Assembly (NCBI GenBank): GCA_035648655.1 | Contig: DASRLC010000143.1 | Location: 1 to 63,367 of the forward strand | From: Polyangia bacterium | GTDB lineage: Bacteria; Myxococcota_A; Polyangia; Fen-1088 | Reading direction: 5' to 3' | DNA: 63,367 nt | In this document: piece after piece, positions 28,801 through 37,528 of the stretch | Numbering within the stretch: the stretch's first letter is position 1 | How the letters are laid out: each line of letters opens with the position of its first letter | Position numbers and translations under genes: made by a program | The notes under the pieces: generated by a model | Databases searched by the model: none | The model's input: the letters and a program-made list of their open reading frames with translations, nothing else | What the model was told of the DNA's origin: nothing

Positions 28801-31347
28801 TCATCGTTGCCACAGAATGTGAGCCGACTCTAAGGGGACGGCGACGCCGGACCGCTGTGGCACGACCCGCGTTGTGTAATCGCTCGCCGGACGTACGGCG
28901 GGCACCCTCGCACGGTAGACCCTGCCACCGGACGCGCTCGGCCGTGTTTGGGTGGAGGTCATCTCCTCCCGGACAGGATTGCCGCCGTTGATCCCGTTGG
29001 CGTAAAGCTCGACCCGGACCGACGTCGGGTCGACAGTACCCAGGAAGAGATCGACTTCGACCTCACGGTAGTCGGAGTGGGTGTCGACCCGGACCTCACC
29101 GAAGCGCACTTGCCCCCACTGTTGGTCCACGGCCCGCAGCCACCCCACAACCTGCTTGCCTCCTTCGCCTTTGTTCGCGGCGCGCTCACGGTAGGCGGCG
29201 GCGGCGGGGAGATAACGTTGCTCGGTATATTCGCGGACCGTTCGGTTTGCGGAGAATCGCGGTGTCAGGCGCGCCATGCTTTGTCGCATCCGCTTGACCC
29301 ATCGGGTGGGAACGCCACTTTTGTCTCGCGCGTAGAACTCTGGGATCACTTCGCGTTCGAGCAGGTCGTAGAGGGCTCCGGCTTCGACGGCGTCCCAGGC
29401 CGGATCGTCGCCATGCACCTGCCCGTCGCCCAAGGCCCACCCGACCTCGGGTGTGTAGGCCTCGGCCCACCAGCCGTCCAATTCGGAGAGGTTGATGCCT
29501 CCGTTGACCAGCACCTTCATGCCGCTCGTGCCGCTCGCCTCCCAGGGGCGCCGCGGGGTATTGATCCAGACGTCGACCCCCTGGACCAGACGCTCCGTCA
29601 GCAGCATGTCGTAGTCGCTGAGGAAGATCGCGTGAGGCCGGACCTCCGGCCGCCGAATGAACTGGATCCATTTTTGAATCAAGGCCTGCCCACCCTGGTC
29701 TGCCGGGTGAGCCTTCCCCGCCAGAATGAGCTGCACCGGACGGTCGGAATTGGACAAGAGGCGCAGCAGCCGCGCCGGATCCTCCAGGAGTAGGTCGGGC
29801 CTCTTGTAGGTCGCGAAACGTCGTGCAAAGCCCAGAGTCAACGCCTTGGGATCAAACAGGTGCTTGGCTCTGTCGACGTCCTCGGGAGATGCCCCCGAGG
29901 ACGTCAGCTCCCGCGAGAATCGGTCTCGGGCGTAGTCAACCAGAGACGCCCGTGCTGTGGCGCGAAAATCCCAAAGGCGAGCATCGGAGACAGCTTGAAT
30001 CTTCTCTTCCAGCGTCTCCGTCGTCCCCAGCCAGCGATCCTTTCCACAAGCTTCGGTCCACAGCTCATCGGCCGGGGCCGAGTCCCAATTCGGCATGTGG
30101 ACTCCGTTGGTGACGTGTCCGATCGGCACCTCGCTCTCGGGCCAATGCGGAAACAGCGGCTCGAAGATGTGCCGGCTCACCTCCCCGTGCAGGCGGCTCA
30201 CGCCATTGACCGCCCCACTGCCCCGAAGGGCCAGATAGGCCATGTTGAAGCTCTCGGACGCGTCGTTCGGGTTCTGGCGGCCGAGGGCCAGCAAACGCTG
30301 GACCGTGATTCCGAGCTTCTGCTCCGCATAACCGCCGAGGTATTGTTCGACCAGGGCGGGAGAGAAGCGGTCGAATCCCGCCGCCACTGCCGTGTGGGTC
30401 GTGAAGAGGTTCCCGGCCCGTGTGACGGCCAGGGCGACTTCGAAAGACTGCCCGCTCCACGCCATGAAGGTCCGAGCGCGCTCGAGAATCGCGAAGGCCG
30501 CATGCCCTTCGTTCAGATGGCAGACCTCCGGGTCGAGTCCCAGCGCGGCGAGCAGCCGCCAGCCGCCGATACCGAGCAGCAGCTCCTGCTCGAGACGAAG
30601 CTCGGGGCCGCCCCCATAGAGCTCGCTGGTGATTCCTCGATGCGCGGCGAGGTTCGCGGCGTCATTGCTGTCCAGGAGATAGAGCTTCGCTCGGCCGACC
30701 CGTACCTCCCAGGCACGAAGCCAAACGGCATAGCCGGGCAAGGACACCTCCAGCCTCAACCATTCTCCGTTCGCCTGACGCACGGGCGCGATGGGCAGCT
30801 GCCCAGGGTCATTGTAAGGAAAGAGAGCCTGCTGGGCTCCGTCCTTGTCGATGACCTGACGAAAGTAACCCTGCTGGTACAACAGCCCCACGCCGACCAC
30901 CGGTATGCCCAAATCGCTGTTGGCCTTGAGCTGATCGCCGGCCACATTGCCGAGGCCGCCCGAATAGATCGGCAGAGCTTCGCTCAGCATGAATTCCATG
31001 CTGAAGTAGGCGGCGCAGGTGAGGGCGCTTCGAGGATGCGTCTTCTGAAACCAACCGGGTGATTCCAAGGCGGCCCGCCTCTTTCGGATCAGGGAATCAA
31101 CGTTTTTCCTGAAAACGGGTTCGGCCAATACGGACCTTAGCTTGTCGCGCGACACCGTCTGCAGGACGACCCAGGGATTGTGCGTGAACCCCCACAGCGC
31201 GGGATCGAGGTCTCGCCACACCCCGTCGGTCGCGTGGTTCCACGACCAGCGCAAGTCCAAGGCCAGCTCGGCCAGAGAATCGAATCCCTCGATATCTCTC
31301 GGCAGGAGTCCGTATGCCGGGTGGTCGACGCGCGGTTGTGTGCTCAT
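28801..31347 (-). CDS. glgP: alpha-glucan (glycogen/maltodextrin) phosphorylase, GT35
   Basis: N-terminal 'LALDLRWSWNH' and the PLP-Lys region 'EASGTSGMKVLVNGG'. Start Met 'MSTQPRV' at 31347. Confidence 0.9.
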   Translation of the reverse strand: MSTQPRVDHPAYGLLPRDIEGFDSLAELALDLRWSWNHATDGVWRDLDPALWGFTHNPWVVLQTVSRDKLRSVLAEPVFRKNVDSLIRKRRAALESPGWFQKTHPRSALTCAAYFSMEFMLSEALPIYSGGLGNVAGDQLKANSDLGIPVVGVGLLYQQGYFRQVIDKDGAQQALFPYNDPGQLPIAPVRQANGEWLRLEVSLPGYAVWLRAWEVRVGRAKLYLLDSNDAANLAAHRGITSELYGGGPELRLEQELLLGIGGWRLLAALGLDPEVCHLNEGHAAFAILERARTFMAWSGQSFEVALAVTRAGNLFTTHTAVAAGFDRFSPALVEQYLGGYAEQKLGITVQRLLALGRQNPNDASESFNMAYLALRGSGAVNGVSRLHGEVSRHIFEPLFPHWPESEVPIGHVTNGVHMPNWDSAPADELWTEACGKDRWLGTTETLEEKIQAVSDARLWDFRATARASLVDYARDRFSRELTSSGASPEDVDRAKHLFDPKALTLGFARRFATYKRPDLLLEDPARLLRLLSNSDRPVQLILAGKAHPADQGGQALIQKWIQFIRRPEVRPHAIFLSDYDMLLTERLVQGVDVWINTPRRPWEASGTSGMKVLVNGGINLSELDGWWAEAYTPEVGWALGDGQVHGDDPAWDAVEAGALYDLLEREVIPEFYARDKSGVPTRWVKRMRQSMARLTPRFSANRTVREYTEQRYLPAAAAYRERAANKGEGGKQVVGWLRAVDQQWGQVRFGEVRVDTHSDYREVEVDLFLGTVDPTSVRVELYANGINGGNPVREEMTSTQTRPSASGGRVYRARVPAVRPASDYTTRVVPQRSGVAVPLESAHILWQR

Positions 31348-33047
31348 GGCGTCTGCTCCGAGAGGGCCGATGGCGGTCGCCCTCTGCCCCGCCGCGAGGC
31401 CGTCCCCGTCGCCAACACGTCGCCGACGATCTGTTGCGCCTCTTCGAGAAGGCGCCGGAGATGCTCCGGGTCCTGGAAGCTCTCGGCATAGATCTTGTAG
31501 ATGCTCTCGGTTCCCGACGGCCGCGCGGCGAACCACCCACTCTTGGTCACCACCTTCAACCCGCCGATGGGAGCGTTGTTGCCAGGCGCGCGCGTGAGAA
31601 CGGCCTCGATCTTTTCGCCCGCCAGCTGGGTGAGCTTGACCTTCTCCGGTGAGAGCGTCGCCAGCAGCTTCTTCTCCTCCGGCGTCGCCGACGCCTCGAC
31701 CCGGTCGTAGACAGGGTCGCCGAGCTCCCGCGTCAGCTCACGGTAGATCTCGCCCGGATCGCGATCCGTCCGGGCCGTGATCTCCGCCGCCAACAAGGCC
31801 GGGACGATTCCGTCCTTGTCGGTCGTCCAGACGCGACCATCCATGCGGCTGAAAGAAGCGCCCGCGCTCTCTTCGCCGCCGAAACCCAGCGAGCCGTCGA
31901 GGAGGCCGTCGACGAACCACTTGAAGCCCACCGGCGCCTCAAAAAGCTTTTGGCCAAGCTTGGCCGCGACGCGGTCGATCATCTGACTGCTCACCACGGT
32001 CTTGCCGATGGCGGCGTCTTTCTTCCACTTGGGCCGATGTTGATAGAGGTAGAAAATTGCGGCGCAGAGGTAGTGGTTGGGCGGTAATAGCCCCGAGCTG
32101 CGGGTCACGATGCCATGCCGGTCGTGGTCCGTGTCGCAGGCGAAGGAAAGGTCGAAGCGGTCCTTCATCGCTATCAGCCGCTGCATCGCATACACCGATG
32201 AGGGATCCATGCGAATCTGACCGTCCCAATCGACGGTCATGAAGCGAAAGGTTGGGTCGACCACCTGGTTGACCACGGTGAGATGCAAACCGTAACGCTC
32301 GCCGATTCGTCCCCAGTAATGAACGCCGGCGCCGCCAAGCGGGTCGACGCCGAGGTTGAGCTTGGCGCCGCGAATGGCATCCATGTCGATCACGCTGGCG
32401 AGATCGGCGACGTAAGTCTCGAGATAATCGTACCGGTGTGTCGTGGAGGCGCCGAGAGCCCGCTGGAAGGGAATCCTCTTCACGCCCAGCAGGCCAGCTT
32501 CGAGTAGGCCGTTCGCTTTCGCCTGGATCCAGTCGGTGACGGCCGATGGGGCCGGTCCACCGCTGGGGGGGTTGTATTTGAAACCGCCGTCGCGCGGTGG
32601 ATTGTGCGACGGCGTAATGACGATGCCGTCGGCCAGCTCTGACTTGCGCCCGCGGTTGTAGGTGAGGATCGCGTGCGAGATGACGGGGGTCGGGGTGTAC
32701 TCGTCCCCCTCGGCGATCATGACCTCCACGCCGTTCGCCGCCAGCACCTCCAAGGCGCTGGCGAAGGCCGGAACCGACAGCGCGTGCGTGTCCATGCCGA
32801 GGAAAAGTCGTCCGTCGATCCCGTGCTCGCCGCGATAAAGGCAAATGGCCTGGGAGATGGCCAGGATGTGCCACTCGTTGAACGCGTTATCGAAGGCAGA
32901 CCCCCGATGTCCCGAAGTCCCAAAGGCAACCCGTTGCTCTGGCACGGAAGGGTCAGGCCTTTCCGTGTAGTACGCCGAGATGAGCCGGGGCACGTTCACC
33001 AGCATCGACGCGTCGGCGGGCTTTCCCGCGAAAGGACTTACCTTCAT
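31344..33047 (-). CDS. pgm: phosphoglucomutase (alpha-D-glucose-phosphate specific)
   Basis: 'VAFGTSGHRGSA' phosphoserine loop, 'CDTDHDRHG', and Pgm-like length of 567 aa. Confidence 0.92.
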   Translation of the reverse strand: MKVSPFAGKPADASMLVNVPRLISAYYTERPDPSVPEQRVAFGTSGHRGSAFDNAFNEWHILAISQAICLYRGEHGIDGRLFLGMDTHALSVPAFASALEVLAANGVEVMIAEGDEYTPTPVISHAILTYNRGRKSELADGIVITPSHNPPRDGGFKYNPPSGGPAPSAVTDWIQAKANGLLEAGLLGVKRIPFQRALGASTTHRYDYLETYVADLASVIDMDAIRGAKLNLGVDPLGGAGVHYWGRIGERYGLHLTVVNQVVDPTFRFMTVDWDGQIRMDPSSVYAMQRLIAMKDRFDLSFACDTDHDRHGIVTRSSGLLPPNHYLCAAIFYLYQHRPKWKKDAAIGKTVVSSQMIDRVAAKLGQKLFEAPVGFKWFVDGLLDGSLGFGGEESAGASFSRMDGRVWTTDKDGIVPALLAAEITARTDRDPGEIYRELTRELGDPVYDRVEASATPEEKKLLATLSPEKVKLTQLAGEKIEAVLTRAPGNNAPIGGLKVVTKSGWFAARPSGTESIYKIYAESFQDPEHLRRLLEEAQQIVGDVLATGTASRRGRGRPPSALSEQTP

Positions 33048-35902
33048 GACTCTTTCGCCGGCAGTGCCCGTTCGATCGCCTTCGACAGGGCGTCGAGTCC
33101 GCTTCGGACATCTGCGCCGAGATGAACGCGCAACGCCCGCCGGTCGCGCTGCACCAGGACCCGGAAGTCCCCCAGCGCCTGCGCCGCCTTCACGACGCCA
33201 AAGCTGAAGCGATGACCGGGGATCTGGAGATCCTGCGCATCGTCGCAGGTCAGCTGCAGGAAGACCCCGCTCGGAGGTCCGCCCTTGTAGGCCTGCCCCG
33301 TTGAATGAAGGAACCGGGGACCAAAGCCAACACAGGTGGCGACCCGACGGGAATCCCGGACCGTGCCCCGAATCGCCTGGAGCTGGCGATCATGCCGGTC
33401 GTTGCGCTCAATGTAGGCGAGCAACGCGAAGTAGTCGTCGGGTCCCAAGCGCTGGAGGTGGGTCCGCAAGTATCCATGCAGCGTCCTATCAGACCCGGCC
33501 GCCCGATCGAGCGCCAGCTTGTTCTTCTCGTCGGCGAATAGCGTGAGCGGGCCATCTTCGCAGAACGGGATCTCCCGCGGGAGCGCGCCGGTCTTCTCGT
33601 AGGCTTTGGTCAGCGTACGTGCCGCGACCTTGCTCGCCTCGACGTCGGGCTGGTTGAAAGGGTCGATGCCGATGATCGCGCCCGCCACCGCCACCGCGAT
33701 TTCCCAGCGGAAGAACTCCTGTCCGAGATCGTGGGGATCGGCGAGCGCAATGCGCACGACCGGCTGTCCGGCATTCTCGAGCGCGTCGACCGCGGCATCC
33801 TGCGCAGCGTCCGGTGCAGCATCGAGCCGAAGGTACGCGAACAGCCGATCGTTGCCGTAGACTTCGGGCGCGCCGAGGGGCTCACGATCGACGGGGATTA
33901 TTCCCTTGCCCACCTTGCCGGTCGATTCGGCGAGGAGCTGCTCGAGCCACGCGCCGAGCTGCGCAATGCCTGGAGAGGCAATGAGGGTGACTTTGTCGCG
34001 GCCGGATCCGACCGACGTCCCGAGGATCGCGCCGAGCAGGACGCCCGGATTCTGCTCGGGCGGAACGCATGACGCGCACGCGTGCGCCATGATCGCGGTG
34101 CGGTCGAGGAAGCGACCCACGTCGACACCCATGACCGCCGCCGGCACCATGCCGAAGTTGGAGAGCGCGGAATAGCGTCCGCCGATGCCGGGCACCCCGG
34201 AGAAGACCCTTTCGAACCGTTTCTCCTCGGCGATCTTTTGCAGGGCGGAGCCCGGGTCGGTGACCACGATGAAGTGCTTCGGTGCCCTCCCGTCGCCGAC
34301 GATCTGGCGAACGCGATCGTAGAAGTAGTCCTTGAGAATATTGGGCTCCAGTGTCGTGCCGGACTTGCTAGAGACGATAAAGAGTGTCTTCGGAAGGTCG
34401 ATGCGGGCTTCCATGGTCCGGATCTGCGCGGGATCGGTCGAATCGAGGACCAAGAACTCCGGATAACCGCCGATGGGTCCGAACGTTCGCGCCAGGACAT
34501 CGGGACAGAGGCTCGATCCGCCCATCCCCAGCACGACCGCGTATTTGAAGTTGCTCTGGCCCTCCTTGGCGAACGCCGCCAGGCCTCGAGCCAGAGTTTG
34601 CTCCCCGTCGGTACTGTCCAGCCAATCGAGCCACTGGTTCTCGTCGTGCCCCGTCCAGAGCGTCGCGTCGCGCGCCCAAAGCCGCCGCACCTTCCCGCCG
34701 GTGCGCCAGTCCTCGATCGTCGCCTTGACCTCCTCATCGAGCGAGGTCGGCAGTCGATAGCTCATCCGGTCGATAGCCGACCTGAGCACGCCGGCACGTT
34801 TCTTCTCGATCGATCCCAGGAGAGCATCGAACGCCGCGGAGAACCCGCTGACACCCTCGTCGAGGAGGCGCGCGGTCAGGTCGTCGATCGAGATCCCAGT
34901 ACCGGCGAGCGTGGCCAAGACCTGTCTGGCGTCGTCTATGTGTTGGTCGAGCTGGTTCCCTGCTTTGCCATGGTCACGGAAGGCGTCGAGCGTCGACGGT
35001 GGGATCGTGTCGACGGTGTGGGGCCCGATCAGCGATTCGACGTAGATCACGTCGCGAAAGCGCGGATCCTTGCTGCTCGTGCTCGCCCACAAAAGCCGTT
35101 GTGGGTGAGCGCCGGACGCGGCCAGCGACGTCCAGCGCGGGCTGCCGCAGACTTCCTTCCAGTCCTGGTAGGCGAGCTTGGCGTTGGCGATGGCCACCTT
35201 GCCGACGAGATCGCGCAGCGTGGCCTGCTCCGTGGCCGGCGCCGATCTGGCCCGAGCCTCCAGGATCGGATCGACGAGAACGTCGAGACGACTGACGAAC
35301 ATACTGGCCACGCTGGCGACGCGGCTCAGATCTCCCCCGCCCGCGCGGAACGCCTCGAGGCCGTCCATGTAAGCTTCGGCGACCTGGCGACACACGGCGC
35401 GTGAGAAGAGCAGCGTCACGTTGACGTTGATCCCCTGGCCGATGAGCTGTTGAATCGCCGGAATTCCCTCGGGCGTCGCCGGAACCTTGATCATGAGGTT
35501 GTCGCGACGAACGGTGCTCCACAGGCGAACGGCCTCATCGATGGTCGCCTGGGTGTTGTGCGCGAGATAGGGCGAGACCTCCATGCTGACGAACCCGTCG
35601 CGTCTGACGAACTCGAGGTAAACGGAATGGAGGATGTCCGCCGCCTGCTGAATGTCCTCGACGGCTAGCTTTTCGTAGATGGTCGAGGCCGTTTCGTCGT
35701 GGCGATTCTCATAACGCTCCAGAGCTGGACCGTAGTCCGTGCTGCCGGCGATGGCCTTTTCGAAGATGGACGGATTCGAGGTCACGCCGCGGATGCCGTC
35801 CTCCTTCACCAATCGCGCGAGCTCACCGCTTTGAAGGAGGTGGCGTCGGATGTAGTCGAGCCAGACCGACTGGCCGCACTCCTGAATCTCATTTATTCCC
35901 AC
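33044..35902 (-). CDS. bifunctional transaldolase / glucose-6-phosphate isomerase
   Basis: N-terminal 'QSVWLDYIRR', 'GVTSNPSIFEKA' and 'MIKVPAT' (Tal), followed by a ~550-aa PGI-like half. GTG start at 35902. Confidence 0.9.
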   Translation of the reverse strand: MGINEIQECGQSVWLDYIRRHLLQSGELARLVKEDGIRGVTSNPSIFEKAIAGSTDYGPALERYENRHDETASTIYEKLAVEDIQQAADILHSVYLEFVRRDGFVSMEVSPYLAHNTQATIDEAVRLWSTVRRDNLMIKVPATPEGIPAIQQLIGQGINVNVTLLFSRAVCRQVAEAYMDGLEAFRAGGGDLSRVASVASMFVSRLDVLVDPILEARARSAPATEQATLRDLVGKVAIANAKLAYQDWKEVCGSPRWTSLAASGAHPQRLLWASTSSKDPRFRDVIYVESLIGPHTVDTIPPSTLDAFRDHGKAGNQLDQHIDDARQVLATLAGTGISIDDLTARLLDEGVSGFSAAFDALLGSIEKKRAGVLRSAIDRMSYRLPTSLDEEVKATIEDWRTGGKVRRLWARDATLWTGHDENQWLDWLDSTDGEQTLARGLAAFAKEGQSNFKYAVVLGMGGSSLCPDVLARTFGPIGGYPEFLVLDSTDPAQIRTMEARIDLPKTLFIVSSKSGTTLEPNILKDYFYDRVRQIVGDGRAPKHFIVVTDPGSALQKIAEEKRFERVFSGVPGIGGRYSALSNFGMVPAAVMGVDVGRFLDRTAIMAHACASCVPPEQNPGVLLGAILGTSVGSGRDKVTLIASPGIAQLGAWLEQLLAESTGKVGKGIIPVDREPLGAPEVYGNDRLFAYLRLDAAPDAAQDAAVDALENAGQPVVRIALADPHDLGQEFFRWEIAVAVAGAIIGIDPFNQPDVEASKVAARTLTKAYEKTGALPREIPFCEDGPLTLFADEKNKLALDRAAGSDRTLHGYLRTHLQRLGPDDYFALLAYIERNDRHDRQLQAIRGTVRDSRRVATCVGFGPRFLHSTGQAYKGGPPSGVFLQLTCDDAQDLQIPGHRFSFGVVKAAQALGDFRVLVQRDRRALRVHLGADVRSGLDALSKAIERALPAKES

Positions 35903-35938
35903 GCAAACCTCCTCGCCCCTCGATCACCTTTGCCGGCC

Positions 35939-36067
35939 TCACGACGGGCTCTTCGCCGGCGTCACCCAGGAGCCGCTCGTAGCCTGCAGCGCCGGAAAGA
36001 TCTTCTTGTGCGCGAGATCTCCGGTCGCGCCGAAAAAGATCAAGGCGTCCGACGAATCCCCCGTCAT
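35939..36067 (-). pseudogene. N-terminal remnant of glucose-6-phosphate dehydrogenase
   Basis: The 42-codon ORF 'MTGDSSDALIFFGATGDLAHKKIFPALQA...' carries the Zwf NADP-binding N-terminus (GATGDLA.RK..PAL), then diverges and stops. The roughly 450 remaining codons are absent. Its ATG shares one base with the gnd stop (TAATG). Confidence 0.6.
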
Positions 36068-37068
36068 TAGTGCTTCTCTTCGTGTCCGCCGAACTGATAT
36101 CGCAGCGCGGAGAGCACCTTGTCGGCGAAGTCTTCTTCGCCCCGCGACGCGAACCTTTGTGCCAGCGCCGTGCTCAGGACCGGAGCGGGGACACCCTCGT
36201 CGATGGCCGCCTTGAGAGTCCACCGGCCCTCTCCCGAATCGGACACGTGGCCCGCGAACCCGCTCAAGTCGGGGCTCTTCTTCAGCGCGGCGGCGGTGAG
36301 ATCTAGGAGCCATGAACCGATCACGCTGCCGTGCCGCCAGGCTTCGACGATATCGGGAAGGTTCAGGTCGTATTGATAGAGCTCGGGGTGACGAAGCGGC
36401 GCCGTCTCGGCGTCGACGACCCGCTTGGCATTCCCAGCGTTGGCGTGCCGAAGAATGTTGAGCCCTTCGGCGTACGCCGCCATGACCCCGTATTCGATCC
36501 CGTTGTGAACCATCTTGACGAAGTGCCCGGCTCCGGACGGTCCGCAATGGATGTACCCCCGTTGCGGCGGCCGACCCTCATCTCGGCGCCCCTTGGTCGC
36601 GTCGTCCCCGGGTGCCAGGGCGGCAAAGATGCCATCGAGCCGCTTGACGACGGCGGGGCTGCCCCCGATCATCTGGCAGTAACCGCGCTCGAACCCCCAA
36701 ACGCCGCCCGAAGTGCCGACGTCGACATAGTGGACTCCGCGCTCGCCGAGCGTCTTCGCGCGGCGAATGTCATCGTGATAGTACGAGTTCCCCCCATCGA
36801 TGACGGCATCGTCCGCGGTAAGGTGCGGCACCAGCTCCCCGAGGGTGGCCTCTACAACCGCGGCAGGCACCATGATCCAAATCGCCCGCGGTGTCTCCAG
36901 CTTGGCGACCAGATCAACAAGCGAGCTGGCGGCGACCGCACCCGCCTTGACCAGATCCAGCCCCGCCTCTGGATGAACGTCGAACACCACGCACCCGTGG
37001 CCGGCTCCGAGCAGACGCCGGACCATGTTCGAGCCCATTCGACCGAGCCCAACCATTCCAAGTTTCAT
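36067..37068 (-). CDS. gnd: 6-phosphogluconate dehydrogenase, decarboxylating (short Gnd/YqeC type)
   Basis: 'MKLGMVGLGRMGSNMVRRL' Rossmann N-terminus from Met 37068, and 'GHFVKMVHNGIEYG'. Confidence 0.88.
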   Translation of the reverse strand: MKLGMVGLGRMGSNMVRRLLGAGHGCVVFDVHPEAGLDLVKAGAVAASSLVDLVAKLETPRAIWIMVPAAVVEATLGELVPHLTADDAVIDGGNSYYHDDIRRAKTLGERGVHYVDVGTSGGVWGFERGYCQMIGGSPAVVKRLDGIFAALAPGDDATKGRRDEGRPPQRGYIHCGPSGAGHFVKMVHNGIEYGVMAAYAEGLNILRHANAGNAKRVVDAETAPLRHPELYQYDLNLPDIVEAWRHGSVIGSWLLDLTAAALKKSPDLSGFAGHVSDSGEGRWTLKAAIDEGVPAPVLSTALAQRFASRGEEDFADKVLSALRYQFGGHEEKH

Positions 37069-37186
37069 ACTGTTCCCCCGTTCGTCGCCGCTCCGCGTCC
37101 GCACACCGTGGATCGCCTTCGTGACGTTGGGCGTTCATTGCGCTGTAGCCTCAACGCCCTCGCCCAACTGCACCGCAATCTCCCAG

Positions 37187-37335
37187 ACAATCTCCTGTCG
37201 CTGGCGCCCAGCAACTCTCCCTACAGATACGCACCTCCGAGCATTGGGGCCATTCGGGTCTCCCCCGTGTCGGTTGTAAGGGGTTCCGCGAGGGAGGGCA
37301 TTTTCTTCAAAGATTTCGATGTGCTCGACGTCACG
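37187..37335 (-). promoter_or_regulatory. conserved non-coding upstream element, copy 1 (upstream of the gnd array)
   Basis: The reverse complement matches 53241-53387. The first 35 nt are 34/35 identical (cgtgacgtcgagcacaYcgaaatctttgaagaaaa). Further blocks are cccttacaacc, ggggagaccc and gctcggaggtgcgYatctgtaggga (24/25). All frames carry stops, so it is not coding. Confidence 0.55.
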
Positions 37336-37528
37336 AAGGCTACCCAGATCGCCGGGGCCTGGTCTGATGGCTGTCTACGAGCGACGGGGATTGGCCGACC
37401 GACGCGTTCGTGTACCGCCTGCACCCGTCGGACCACACCCGGATACCGTTCGCGCACAGGGCGAAGCATGACGGCGCCGTGAACGACCTCGCCGATTCCA
37501 CGACCGGCGAGGCCTCGAATCGTCGGAT

